A DNA stretch of 64,000 nt from positions 88,412,001-88,476,000 of the forward strand of contig CM060731.1 in NCBI GenBank assembly GCA_030704615.1, written 5' to 3'. The DNA is from Takakia lepidozioides. Taxonomy: Eukaryota > Plantae > Bryophyta. Below, piece by piece: positions 34,422 through 49,400 of this stretch. The position numbers and the translations under genes are program-made. Numbering within the stretch: position 1 is the first letter of the stretch; each line of letters opens with the position of its first letter. Under the pieces are notes generated by a model. The model worked only from the letters and a program-made list of their open reading frames with translations, made no database searches and was not told the origin of the DNA.

Positions 34422-37400
34422 ATGGCAGCAGATGGCGGGGATATGAATGTGCAATACGTAAGAAGCAAACGAAATTCTCTGAGCTCCAACGATGGCGTAC
34501 CCTTCAACCCCAAAGCGCCAGCAAATGGTGAAGACTACGACAGCGATGGCGATTTCGGCTCGTATGTATCTCATTTCCACCTAATAGCAACAACCTACCT
34601 TTCCATAGCATACAGGGAGGGAGGGAGAGAGAGAGAGAGAGATGATTTGTGGCATGCAGCACAATGATTGGGGAAGGAGACACATCGTAGGACTGAGAGG
34701 AGCACATGTGGGAATTAGCTTATTTATGTGACAATTGAACGGCAAATGAGAATATGGCCCACTTTTTCTTGCTGAAACAGATACTCAATTGTTGGTTGAC
34801 AGTAGCAGGGCAAGAAGTCGGGTAAACTCCTTTAATGGAGAGAACTATCAGCCCAGTCTAGAACAGACAGAAGGTGCTAAAGATGCTGCTGCTGGTGTTC
34901 CCAATGGGGAGCCTCGGTAGATCTCTGCGCTCTGTTCCTCCTGTTCATTTCTAGTAGCATGCTCACTACATTAAAACTCTTTGTGCTGACTTTGCATTTT
35001 GGCTGGTTCTGACGTCTTGTAGAGTTACACTTGAGATGTTTTTGCCTACACACTATTTGCACTTCAAGTAGTGGATTCGCTTATTTGAATTAAGTAGAAT
35101 GCAGAGTTTGCATGGTTTGACTGCAATGCACCAGTTGAGTGACTACTTACTTTGAAGGGGTTACGTGGCTTGTACCAGATCTGGTGCCATATCAACCACC
35201 TTGGCACCTGAGCTGGCCGGTGCGGCACAAGTCTTGGAAAAGTTTCAGGTATTCTGAGCTTGATTGTTGTGTGTCTCTCTCTCTTCCCACCTTTTGTTCC
35301 CGCTCAAACTGGGCGCGGGGTCAATAGCCACAAGGCTATGGCAAACAACGTCTTATGAGTACAATCTCTTCCCACCTGAAAAGAGAGGAAAGGGGGATTG
35401 TAAGTGCCCGTTGTGTGGGCAACCTGAAGACAATATTCACTTCCTCCTGATTCATTGTCCTGGGTACTCTCACCAACAGGACACCCTCTTCCATTCCATC
35501 AAGGAAATTTTGCCTGTACCTCCGTTTAACAACTTTGAAAATCTTGAGGCTGAGCCAAAAGCCCAGGCCCTTTTGGGGTCTAGCTATTGGGCAAATCACA
35601 CATATCAGATTGATGCTTGTGTGAAGGGATTTCTGGAGGATATCTGGAAATCTCGGATCAACTGTTTATTCCAAGGTAAATCATACTACCGGCGTCAGCC
35701 CCTGACAAAGGTAGTTTCTGTCCCTTTATGTTCCGTTCAAACTGGGCGTGGGGTCAATGGCCACAAGGCTACGGCAAACAATGTCTTGTGAGTACAATCT
35801 CTTCCCACCTGTTCCTTGGAGACTCCCCCACCCTTTCCTTTGGGTTCACATCTTTCCAACTAACAATTCTTGGAGACTTGAATCCCCTCTTTGTGACTCA
35901 CTAGGTCTTGTCTGATTCCACCTTGTCCTTTCCCTCCCTGTTTTGGTGAAGTTTTTTCCTGTGCTAAAAGTATATGCCAGTCTACTTCAGGTCAAAGGCA
36001 GATGAAGGTTCAAGTAATGTTGAAGATTAATGAAATCACAGGATACAAGGAACACTTTCTGCAAAACCAGATAGTGGCTGCACTTAGACATCGGATGTGA
36101 CCACGTTTTTTGAATTCAGTGCTCTGTTTACACGGGTTGTTTTTCCCCATAACAGGATTTTCTTGGAGTTGCCAGCAAATTTAGGGTTGGAATGTCTTGC
36201 CAGGGCTTTGGGATCCTATTAGGGTTCTTCCAATGTTAGAATTTCTCAAGTTTCATTCGCATTTCCCAATGATGAGCAGCATGACATTCAAAACCAAGGA
36301 AAGTTGCTGCATTTTTTGGGCTATACTTGAGACTCAGCCACACGGAGGTCTAATCCACTAGACCTTATGCCCTGCATTGACGTATCTGTCAATGGACTGC
36401 ACTCCCCAAGCAGCATAAAAATTTGTTTTTCACCCTCTGCACTAAAGGACGCATGTCCATTGAGTTGGTCAAGATGGCTGTCCTGATTTTCAAATGCAGC
36501 ATGATGTATTTCTTTTCTAAACCAACTGCATGATTTGGGTAACTACATACTTTACACAATGCTTTGCATAATGCAGTCAGCACAAGTTCAGTTGGAATTT
36601 CTTAAGTAGAATTTCTCTGTCCACAGTGGTGGACATCTACGGAGGACTGCTCTTTGAGTGGTGTAAGATGTATTTGCATGATCATTTGATAGTAGAAGAA
36701 ATGCTCTGTGTACTTATGTCTGCACAACTTTTTGGGTAATTAACATTGGTGATGTAGCCAGAATTTTCAATCTCAGTTTGTGGATTGTCAACTAGGTGGA
36801 AGCATTTCTAAGAGCCATGCAGAAGCAACTGCAAACTGGGGGAAAGCGGTCATTCTTTGGGAAAAGGTCGGTGGCACCTCAAGGTCGCGACAAGTTCAAT
36901 ATAGAGGAAATGCTTTGTTTCCAGCGAGTATGCTATCTTCCCCATCCCCTACTTCTGTGGCCTCTCCATCTCATTCACGGTGCAAGACATGCTCTTCAGA
37001 AACTTCCTTTCCCTGCCTCTGCCCTAGTTTTTCCCAACCATGCTCCACTCTTAATGTTTGACGTTTGTGGCAGGAGCCCATACCAACCTCGTTGCTGCGT
37101 ATGAACAGTGATTTGATGGGTCGGGCCGTCAAACTCTTCCAGGTACGCTGCTGGGTTGTCCATCATTAATCAATTAATAGTTCACTCCCTTCCCTCCAAC
37201 GAATCCAAGGCTCTCAGGATGTGTGCTTCCGGGAGACGGTCACAAAAGATATTGAAGTGATTTGAAAACTTTTGTAGCCTATTGTTTCTGGAGGGATGGA
37301 GCTGAACTGACAGTAGATGGGAAACTGGGAGAGTCTGGGTGATCTGGAGATCTAAGCTCACCTTGACTCAGACTCTCTTCAAACCTTCCCAACCAATTTT

Positions 37401-40400
37401 TAAAATGTACACATGGTCTGGTTCTTGGATCTTTCCTTTTGCTATTGAGAGACACACTTCCTTTGAAAGGGGTCAGATGTCAGAATAAATGCAAATCCCT
37501 AGTTGGCTTGCCTAAGTCTGACACAGGGTTTGTTAAGAGATCTTCCCTGAAGGCAGCTCGGTACCATGCTGAATTCTGGTGACAAACGCACAGACCTGTA
37601 TGTGAATTGATGCACTTGGGTGTCTCCTGCCTGGGTGGTCCCTTAGTTTACAAGATACACAATGGTACTTTGAGTGTGCGGCATCGTGTGTGATGTGCCT
37701 GTTGTTAGCAGGTTGTTCTTAAGTACACAGGGGCAGATCTGGCGGTTGGCGCAAGTCCCCCAAGTGCCCAAGAGCAGATCGACTTGTTGCTGAAGTTGTA
37801 CAAACATACATTGAAACGGGCAGAGCTACGTGATGAACTATTTGCGCAGGTCTCCAAGCAAACTCGCAATAATCCAGACAGGTAGGGGCCCACCCTTAGT
37901 TGTGTATATATGGCACAAAATGTCTTGGAGAAGAGCATGTCAGTTATTAAACTCCTGTGCCCTAGAGCAGGGTTGGTATACATCAGTTTCAGGTAGAAAA
38001 TGAGAAATGGCTGCTGAAACTTTGGAGTCCCATCCTAATGGAATACCGCAGGTTTTTAAGTCATTGGGTACTGAAGATGAGCTGGGGAAACACGTGGAAG
38101 ATGTTACCAACCCTTCTCTACAGATGGAGGTTTACTTGGTTTGCCCTATGGAGTATATCAACATGAAAGGGAGAAGAGGTGGATCTGTAAGACATTAGAC
38201 TTCAGTCAATGTGTGGCTAGGGTGCTTCTTCCTAAGCTTGAACTTTCCCCAAATTTCTGAGTTGTGACTTTATGCATTCAAAATAAAGATTTTGGGTCAG
38301 CCCTAACTCTGAAGTGTCATCATGCCAAGCGAGCCCTGAAATGTCACCATTTGGGTCCTTTGGAGATTGTTTGGAAAATTTTGCCACAAAGCTGATCTGG
38401 TCCATTTTTGTGCATGTTACCAGGCCGAGCTTGCTGAAGGCATGGGAGCTGATGTACATTTGTGCATCTGCAATGCCTCCGGGAAAAGAATTCAGTGCAT
38501 ACTTGTCAGAGTATGTGCATGAGGTGGCCAATGCCCCTGGTGGTGACCCTGCAATTCAGATGATTGCTCTAAACACTTGGAATGCACTGAAGAGGTCAGT
38601 GAAAGGAGGCCCACGCCGTGTGATTCCAGCTCAGGAGGAGATAGAGGCCCTCTTGGGTGGCCAGAAACTGACCACCATAGCCTTCTTCCTGGATGAGACA
38701 TTTGAAGAAGTTACATACGATATGACTACAACTGTGGCTGATGCTGTGGAGGTAAGTCTAGTTTTTCATGTCTCACACTCATCTCTAGAGTTGTACACGA
38801 ACCCAGTGGGTGTCAATACAGAATGTAAGCATGCCTCAAATTTCTGACAAAAGATAGCTTTACTCATCATCAACCCTCCTTGAGCTACTTGTGTTGCTTT
38901 TGTTCCAGGGGGGTGGAAATTGCCTAGCCTTTGCAGACAGCTCTTGATGTCCTGTGGGATATTTTATTTTCTGCTGATGTGGACAGTTCACCAACACAAA
39001 ACACTATGGAATCAATGTAGATACTGCCCACAGCCAGGTGTTGATGACAGAGAAGGAGAATTTGTGGCCCCTGAACTTGTAACGCCACGTATTTGCAGGA
39101 GCTGGCAAGTATCATAAAATTGTCATCTTACAACACATTCAGTCTTTTTGAATGTCGTAAGGCTGTGACTGGCTCCAAAGCAATTGATTCAGGAAATGGT
39201 ATGTCTTGTTCTCCTATTGATTGCCAGTTGGCATGGGTTTCATTAGTTCTTCCAGCACTGTCCTGTGCACTGCTACTTCTGGAACTCAGAGAGAGAGGTG
39301 GAGTTCAAGAAAGTAAATGTGAAGCATGGATTGAAAGATTGTATCTCATGTGAGAGTAGAGAAACAGATGTACAGGACGACATAATGTAGAGACATTGAA
39401 TCTCCAGGTCCTGTGTCTGGGCTGTGAAGAGCTTATGGGAGAGATAGAACAAGGGCACTGAAATGCAGCAGATAGGAACATGACAAATGAATGGGGGTAG
39501 AGACAAACCATGGAGACTGCAATGGCAAAGAAAGGCAGTTGCAGCTTCAAGGGGTTGGCGAAGAGCCTATATTGTTGTGGTAGGCTGTAGTGTGTGTTGC
39601 ATGCACTTATTAGTTGACAGTCCCATGGGGGAAGACTTGCAATCTTAATGATGGAGTAAGAATACTTTGTTACTGTGCTCTAAACTTGGGCGAAATCCGT
39701 GGGTTGCAGAGGAACACATAGGACTGGATGATAACAAGTACATAGGTGACATTGTGGCGGAATTTAAAGTCAACAAAGAGCGCAACAAGGGGGAAGTAAT
39801 TCAATGCAAGTTGCTGTTCAAGAAACGTCTCTTCAGGGAAGCCGATGAAGCTATCACAGAGCCCATGTTTGTGCAACTGTCGTATGTCCAGGTACAGCAT
39901 AATTTTTTCTATTTCATGTCTTTATCTCACTACTCAGTCATGTAAGTCGGTAGATTTATGACAAGTTGTAGCAGCTGGCATTCAGTGTGTGTTTGCTTGG
40001 ACCATATTGTCAGAAGTTGTGCAGGGAGATCCTTTCCAACAGAAATCTATTTTGATTCTAATTACATATTATCTTCCGCCGCCTGGTTTGCGCCTTGGGG
40101 CCCCTCTATGGTGTGCATATTTAGGCTATTGCTATCCTCTGATCCCAACATATTGATTGCACTAGGGACTAGTGTGTGCAAGCAGAATGTTGGTGGAGTG
40201 CTTCTTTAAAAGCAGTCTTTTGTGAATGCAGTCACAACATGATTACATGCTAGGGAACTACCCAGTTGGAAGGGATGATGCGGCACAGCTTGCAGCACTG
40301 CAAATTCTTGCGGAGATAGGCTCGGTCTCCGATCCTGAAACCAGCACGTAAGTTTGGAGCGACATCACCTTCAGGAATGCTTTATTAGGTTCTTGAGTTT

Positions 40401-43400
40401 ATGGCAGCTTTCAGACAGCTGAGTTTTGAGTTTGCTTTTACCTTTAAAAGATTGTCCCGAGTTATTGTCTCTACAGATTTGACTATAGGGGAACTGAACT
40501 ATCTCAAGTGTATCACAGATGAAGCATCTTTACATTTTGTGTCACAGTGTGGTGATATTTCCACAGTTTCCACATGGATCATGCCTGTGTGATTGCAAGG
40601 TTTGGAAGCTTCACTTCTCAGCCAGTTGATGTGTGAAGTTTTCTCATTGATAAGCACCCTACATTCATTTCATCGCAGGGATTGGGCGGCACTGTTAGAC
40701 CGGTGCTTGCCAAAGCAGGTGGCAGTCACCCGAGCCAAGCGGGACTGGGAGCCCGACATCCTTAATCGTTACCATGCCATGGTACATTTCTGAACTTCAC
40801 TTTTTTAAACCAGGAGGTTTTTCTACCAAGATACAAAAGAAACTTTACAAAAGAAAGAGAGGGGCCCTCCACAAGCAGCCCAAAAGCACCTATTGCTCAA
40901 GGGATTGTCTAGGAGTCAATGCCTCGTGCAGGTAAGCTGCTTACCATTTCTGATACATGTTGTGAGGGCCCAGGCTGTCTGCCCTTGGGGTGGAAGGGGT
41001 GGTAACCTTGTAAGAAAGATTGTAAGCCAGAAAATGGCCTTGGTTTTGAAGCGGTACGCATGCAAAGAATGAACGTAAGAAAGAACGAAACTTGATAACA
41101 TCCACCAGAAGCTCAAATAGCTGATAGAAGAATGAATGTACTCATAAGACGTTGTTTGCCATAGCCTTGTAGCCATTGACCCCGCGCCCAGTTTGAGCGG
41201 AACATAAAGGGACAGAACCTACATTTGTCAGGGGCTGACGCCGGTAGTAAGACTTACCTTGGAATAAACAATTGATCTGGGTTTTCCAGATATCCTCTAG
41301 AAATCCCTTTACACAAGCGTCAACCTGCTGTGTGTGGTTTGCCTAATAACTAGGGCCTGGGCTCTTGGCTCAGCCTCAAGACTTTCAAAATTGGTAAACA
41401 GAGGTACAGGCACAATTCCCTTGATAGATTTGAAGAGAGCGTCTCTCTGGTGAGAGAACACCGGACAATGAATCAGAAAATGAATATTGTCTTCAGGTTG
41501 CCCGCACAACGGGCAATTGCACTCTCCCTTTCCTCTCTGCTTCTGTTTGCTGTTCAAAGGTAGGCTTCCCGCCCTGAGTTTTCAGTCTAGTGCCAAGAGT
41601 GGGTAGACCCTTGAGGTCATCCATGATGGCCTCCCCCATCACAGACTGGAAACAAGTTCAGGGAAGTTTCTGCCTAACTTCATTTTCATCAGACAATTTC
41701 CTGGCAACAGACATGGCTTTGGACACTACAGCCTCTAAGTCAGATTTATCTAGCAGGGTCAAGACTTGTGGGCTAAGATTCAGATCCCTGAGAGTCTCTT
41801 CTACTCTCTTCTGCCAGGACTTAGCCTGTTGGATATATGTTGCAGCTGACCCCACCATCTGACCTTAAATTCATCTCGTCGGGAGCTTAAGGAAGGGATG
41901 CCAAACTCACCCCGAACAGCCACATAGAAGAAAAGAAAAGAAAACCAAGAGAAAGAAAAAACTTTATAATGTCTGAAATACCCAGTGGACCCATGGGATA
42001 AAGTAAAGGGAGAGAGTAAGCAGACTAGTTATCCAAATAAAGTATCCTACAGTATCAAAGTGGGGATAAAGATAGAGGAGGTTGGAGTGGGTGAATCCAA
42101 TCTACTGTGTGGTGTATCTTATTTGGATTTGGCTTTTATGGATCAGGCACACTTGTCAAAGGATGATGCAAGGCAACAGCTCCTCCGCATTCTGCGGTCA
42201 CTACCCTATGGCAACTCTGTGTTTTTCAGTGTGCGCAAAATTGAAGACCCTATTGGATTGCTGCCAGGGCGAATTATTCTCGGTATCAACAAGCGCGGGG
42301 TATGCTATGGACTTTTGAATGGAGCCAGTTTTGTCTAGTCCCTTGAGGGCATCATGCAACTTGTGTCTTGTTTAGATTCTCCAGATTGTTAAATCTGGAT
42401 GGGTGTAGTTTCCTGGAGTAGGGGGCTCCTGCTAGGATGCATTTCTGTCCAAGAAACCAAAATCAATGTGAATGTAGCACTCAGCAAGTGTTGAATCCCA
42501 TATGTTGGAACCCAAGAGCTGTTAAGAAGGAAACACGGAAGCGTGAATTGAAAGACAACATGTAGTCCCTTCCCTGTAGACGTGATAGTTGATAGGAGGG
42601 GGTTCCCTATGAATTGTCCATTTGATCAACAGTCACCTCAGACCACATCATCAGAATGCAATGTCGTGAAGATGTTAGGCACATTCATCCATGGTTCTAG
42701 GGATGTATCACTGACAGGTGTTGTGGATCTGTAGGTGCACTTTTTCCGCCCAGTGCCAAAGGAATATTTACACTCAGCTGAGTTACGCGACATAATGCAG
42801 TTTGGCAGTAGCAATACTGCTGTATTCTTCAAAATGCGAGTTGCTGGTGTGCTACACATCTTCCAGTTTGAGACGAAGCAGGTTTGACTGCAGCAGTTTT
42901 GTTAGATTTCGATTGTGGTCTTGTACTAGTCTGTTTCTCAACCATCTACTTCTACAAACAGAAGCTATAATATTAACTTCTTTCACTGAACTTGAAATTG
43001 TAATTAATGTGGCTCTGCACAATGTGGCATATGATTCCAAGAGGGTTTTGACAGAACGTAAAATTTGATGATTGGGTGGAGGAGAGGAAAATTTTATTCC
43101 ATCTACATGGCCAAATGGGTGTATGGGACCAAAAGAAAGCTCAAGAATGGTTAGCGCATGAAAATAAGATATAAGAATCTGTGGTGGCTCACGACAGAGA
43201 TCAACCCATTAGATTTTGGTTTCTAGCCTTGTAGCCATATACACTGCACTCGATTTTGGACAGGGGTCTCTGCCCATTCCAGATTTCCTTGCCATACCAA
43301 GGTTCATGGTGGGTAACCGTAATTGAACAGCCGAAGTGAGATTTGTCAAGTTGCCTGTGAGCAGGGGGAGGACATATGTGTTGCGCTGCAGACGCACATT

Positions 43401-46400
43401 AATGATGTTATGTTGCGTCGGTACTCGAGAACACGTAATGTACCCAATGGGCAGTTGTCAAATGGTGGCGACGCAGGGGCAGCACCAAGTTCAAAGCCCG
43501 CAGGCATTGAAGTGTATGAGAAGCATGTTCAGGAGATGTCAAAACTCCTCCAAGTATCCCAGAAAAAAATAGATCAGGTAAGTCTTGTGTACCTGTGAAG
43601 GTTGATTCCTCTCCTCTTTTGGTGGGAGAGCTTGACTGTTTTTCTGATATGGTGTGTTGTCCGCACTTATGTGGATGTATGGTGTCTTGCTCCTTTCAAT
43701 TTAAACGAAGGAAGAAAGTGAAATTCATTCTTCTCCATGGTAGGCCAAGACAATATGAGAAAACCCAGAGTTTGTAGCAAAAAATTCATATGTTGTGCAG
43801 AGACAGAGAGTGCCTGACTTAGGTAAGCTAATAAGCACTGAATATATCTGCGAGTATCAATACCCTCTAAAAAAACTCCAGTATCCTTCCCTCATGGAGA
43901 GAGAGTACAGATCTGAGAAGTACATGAGATTTATTAGGTCCATGGGAGCCCAAGGAGGGAGAGAAGAAGAGGGAGAAAATTGAAAACACTAGGGCCTCAA
44001 GGGAGGGAGGAGAGAGCACTGTCCTTGCAGGCTTGGGGGGTCTTGGTGGCTTGCCTGCTCCAATTACAATCCATTATAAAATTCTTGCTTGTCCTCCCTA
44101 TCATGCCATTTTTCCAAGCTGGCATAAGGTGGCAGCCAACTCTGAAGTTTGAACTTTAACCTAGTTGCCATTGTGGGGTGGACCAGTTGTTCATCAAAGA
44201 CTCAAGAAGCTTTTAGTGGGTCCATGAGAGCTACTTTGGAGGAACATTTTCCCTGGCCTCCATCTTGTCTATCTTTAAGAAGAGAGACAGAGAAAAGAAA
44301 GAGGAGAGCGAGTTTGCATATAGTATTTGGAGTCCTGAAGCTCTTCTTGATGGCAGCTTTCGGAAGAGATAAGAGGCAAAGAGAAAAGGGAGACACAAGT
44401 AATGGAGGAGCTGGCAGGGCTCCGGGACTCACTCCGTGCCGAGGAACAGACTCGCTCTGAGGTGTCCGAAGAGCGAGAGCGCCTGTCCAAGCAGCTGGGG
44501 GACATGGATGCCGCTTTACAGGTACATGCTCTTGATCTTTCAAATTTATTTGGTTCTAGCAAGTCCAAGAATATGACGTCGACCTGTCAGTTTGTTTGGT
44601 GAAGTGGTAATTGTATTTTTACCTTGTCTTGCTCATTTTGGACATGCCCAGGATTTCCATACTAATTAAAGGTCTTCAATTTCTTTAATCGACTCCTGGC
44701 ACAGTGTAAAGGATGAATGTTTGTACCTCTCCCTTGAAACAGCTAATCACAACCTGACCTGTTTGGATATGCAAAACAGGCAGTGCTGGCTGAGAAAGCA
44801 GTCTTGTCTGCATCAGTCTCAGGCAGCCAGGCTGCTGACGATGGTACATCTGATCTGGCCACGGATGTGGAGAGTACTCCCTCAAAAAGGTCCACAACCC
44901 CTCGAGGCCAGCGGAGGGAACGAGATTTGCCACCTGCAGGTCTGAAAGACAAGACGGGTGAACAAGTTCGTAATCTGGAGAATCAGGTCTGTAACATGGC
45001 ACTTAACTCTTCTGTTGGGCTTGTCCACCTCCATATCTTATGGTTCGACATAAAGTGTAGGAGTGAAGACCATTGGTTCTCTAATTTTTCTAGCATGTGT
45101 GCCCTTCTTTCCTTTTCCACCCCATCCCGGCCCATTCCTTCCCTCTTTGCTCCCAGCTTGCACGCAATCCTTGATATTGTCGATTCACCATGTTATTCTG
45201 TTAGTTTCCTCCTACTCCGTTTGCCAGCATTTTTCTTTTCATGCACCAATGGGTCAGCGGTTATACTAAGCCGTGAGAAGTATCTTTTAGAAATGATTCT
45301 GTGCATTGACAGACTACTGAATTCCTGGATGTTTCTGTTGATGAGAGGGAGTGGGGTGCACTGTGTTTCTGTGTAAAGCTGAAGGATCTGCGGAATGAAT
45401 TGCGGGTAAAGACAGAGGAGTTGCGGAATAAGGAGGAAAGGGCTAAGAATTTGGCTAAAGAGAAGCAGCTGCTTGAGCAGAAGATGACCCGTCTTGAGAA
45501 AAACAAAACAGAGGAGGTATGGGTGCATGTACATCTTTAGAATGAACTGCTTTCAAGGTCAACCATGTCTCTTTTCCATTCCCATGGTCATCACGCTTCA
45601 CCATGCTTGTCGATCAGGTTGATTCTTCTAAAAAAATTGGTTCTTGATGTCACCCCATTGGATATTTTGCACATGTTACAGGATTGATGCACTGATAAAA
45701 CTGAGGTCCTTGTGCATGAACTAGATTGTACACTTGAGCATCACATGAGCAACTGTTAAAGTTCGATTTACAGTTGTGGCTTTAATGCATTAACTTTAAC
45801 AGACACATTTGTCGAACCAGAGGTGAACTCTTTGCAAGGAAGCATGAGCAGGAAGTTTGTCCTTAGTTTTGTGCAGATGACTCAGGCAACCTAACCCTTG
45901 TTGCATTCTTTGCCAGTATGTAGGACTACTGTCAACATTTTGAACATTTCGATATGTTTCATGTTGTTATCTACAGACAAGAATGCTGGAGCAGAAGTTC
46001 GAACATGAGAGAGCTGAATTGAGGGGCAGAGTGGCAGATTGTGAGAAGAAGCTGGCGGAGCGCACCCAGGAGCTGAGTCGGGCAGAGTTGACTCTAGCTA
46101 CTCGCAGCAGTGAGTTCGAGACACTACAGGCCAACCTCAAGGAGCTCGAGGAGCTTCGCGAGATGAAGGAGGTGCGAAGAGACATGCAAGAGACAGACAC
46201 ACATAGGCCTAGGTCCTTATATGTTAGTGGTGACTGGATAAGCTGCTAACAAGCTACACAGGGAGACATCTGGATCCTTTTGAGAGTCCTTATAGTAAGG
46301 GACCCAGCAACCAATAACAAGAATATAAACGTTGGGTGGTGGCTTAGAAACATAGATGTGTTTACGGTTGTCAACGGTTGGCAGCAGATTGTCAGCTGAG

Positions 46401-49400
46401 GGGACTCCCACAACATTTGTGTGGCCTGGCTATGGATTGGAATGTGCAGGACATAGATAGGAAGAATGAGCAAACGGCAGCTATTTTGAAGCGACAGGCA
46501 GGCCAAATTATTGAGCTAGAGAACTTGTATAAGGAGGAACAAATTCTGAGGAAACGTTATTTCAACATGATCCAAGGCATGCATCTCTCCCTTTCCAGTT
46601 GTGAATTCCTCAGACAAGAAAAGGTCATTGACTGATTAGCACAGTCAGTACACTCTCACTCTGTTGAGGTCTTGGTGGCTTTTGTCGTGCCTTTCTACTT
46701 TTTCCCTTGGGCCCTTGATGTCCCTTGTGAACCTTACAAGTTTCGCTCTCGTTACAAGGACCCAAAGTGTTCCATACCTTTCTGGCATGAAGCGCTTCCC
46801 CATGATGGTTGCAGTCCGATTTCTTGTTTGGTATGTGTTGTTCTACTGTTGCTTGGGTCCTCTGGCAGCTTCCTCTTCCTCTTCTGCATTAGGCACTGTG
46901 TCTTGGGACACCTTTTGGTGCTTTCTGAATCAGTTTCTTGGTGTTCTAGTTTGTTCTGAGCCCCCACATGAGTGATGTAAAGTTTCTTTGTGTCTTCCTT
47001 CTCATGCCTTGCTGAATAGATCCAGGGCAGATACAGTCGTCTGTTTAGAGATTTCCTGGTAGAAGCCGCTACTTTGAGAACCCGGCTTCGCAGCCTGCAT
47101 GAGGCACTACATCTTTGTGCAACATTTGGACTTTTCGTGGGTCACTTGGTTTCTGGACTTGGCTCTTTTTCCCCCACTGAAGCTGATGAGGGAGTGAGGA
47201 GGATGTGGGAGTCTGCAGATATGAAAGGCAAGATAAGGGTCTATGTTCGATGGAGACCATTGAGTGAGAAAGAGGAAAAAGAGAACCAACGAAGTGTGCT
47301 GATAGCCCCTGACGAGTTCACCATTGAGCACCCATGGAAAGATGACAAGCTTAAACAACATCAGTTTGACCATGTCTTTGATCAGTATGGTACACAGGAG
47401 CAAATCTTTGAGGATACAAAGGTACTTGCTCCTTGCACTCCTTTCAATCTGTCTGTCCTTGCCTCCCCTTCTTTGTTTTGGAGCAGCAGCCATTGCTCAC
47501 CCATCAGATCCCAGTTTGTCAAAGAGACCTCGCCCTAGACATTATGATGTGGTTGTACCTGCTCCCATAGTTGTTTTTTCAACCTGGAACTGAAACAAGG
47601 ATGGTTGGTGCAGTATCTTGTCCAATCTGCGGTCGATGGGTACAATGTTTGCATATTTGCATATGGACAGACAGGGTCAGGGAAAACCTTCACTATTTAT
47701 GGGACAGAAAGTAATCCAGGACTCACACCACGAGCCACTCGGGAGCTATTCAACATCTTGAAGCGAGACGCCAACAAATTTTCCTTTTCTTTGAAGGTGA
47801 TGCCATGTTGTTAGTAGAGAACAATCTTAGAGTTCAGGGAGTCTTAGGGAGCAATTTTTGTTGGAGTCTTCTTGCTTTGCTTAACTTAACTAGACTCACT
47901 TTTGTACTTAAGCTCTCTGTAGTAGCTCTTGCTTTCTGTATGCATGTGCTGTAGACGATGGCATGTTACGTTTTGTGTATTGTTGACGCTTTATCTGATT
48001 GTATCCATGGGAGAAAGAGGGCGCGAGAGTGCAAAGTACTGCAGAGGGAGATCTAACCATCAGAAATTGCACAAGGGATATTATCGGCCCATACGTATGC
48101 ACCGATGGTTTGAGGGACAGTAGTTGATGGGGGAAGGAGCGAAAACAAGAAGTAAAGGGTGGGGGTGAGAGAAGTCTGTCAGTTCTTGTACGACACCGTG
48201 GAAGTGACGTACTGTCTCCTTTGGTTTGATCCAGGTCTATATGTTGGAAATCTATCAGGACACTCTGATCGATTTGCTTCTGCAGAAGAATGGTGGGAAA
48301 CCACGTAAACTTGATATCAAGAAAGACTCCAAGGTATTGGCTCTTCTCTGGCAGTTATGGGTAGTCAAATTCTTAGGATCGTCAGGCTGCTCCTTCATAA
48401 GAACAGAGGTGTTGTGCTCTTTATCTGATGGACACTTTAATAGTCTTATAGCCTTCTGTGATTTAGCACACAGAGGAGGCTAGTGCCCCAAATGACTATG
48501 GTGAGTTCAAATCCTGTTAGTCACTTGATTGTTTAGGGAACCTGCTGGCCTGCTTAAGCAAGCGGGCACAGAGCTGTAATTGTAAGATCCGTCAAAGGCC
48601 CATGAGTCTTTTGCATGGCATCAAAATTCTGATTGCATATGCAGGTTCATTCAAGCCTTTTGATGAGTCTACTCTGAATGGTGCGAGGAACATACTGATT
48701 GAATAATTGGAGAGATTGTGTGGTTGTGACTTTCCATTTCTATAGATTTTTGAGAGAAAGAAAGAGACCTATTAACCTGCACAAAAAGCGAGAGATCTCG
48801 GGTGTTCCCCTTTTGTTGCTCAGAAAGAAAAAATTAAAAGATCCAAAAGGAGTTGCGGATATAGATCGGTTGAGTCTGGATATCTGTTTGTTAACTCTGT
48901 TATGATCTTGACTGGCAGGGCATGGTGGTTGTAGAGAATGCCACGCTCTTGCCAATATCATCACGTGAAGAGCTGGAAACTATTGTGGCCAAAGGGCTCG
49001 AGAAGAGGCACACATCGGGCACTCAAATGAATGCAGAGAGTTCACGTTCACACCTCATTTTGTCAATCATCATTGAAAGCACCAACCTGCAGAGTCAAGT
49101 CCTTGTTAAGGGCAAAGTATGTATCCAAATATATGTGGTCCTTTTGTCACTAGTTAAGGATGTATGTGGGTGTGAAGAGCCTCTTAAAAGTAAGGGGTGA
49201 CATTGAAGAGTGGATACTGAGATGTTGCGATCTTGAAACTGGCACGTGATATTTTTTGAGAAGGGATCGGTGCTCTGGTCTTTGGCCATCATCAAGGATG
49301 CTGACAAGTTGTTGTAGGCGGGTCCACCTCAAGATCTGACTTCCCATGTTTATATGCAGTGTCATCCGTACATAACCTGGATGAAGTTCCAGTTACTCGA

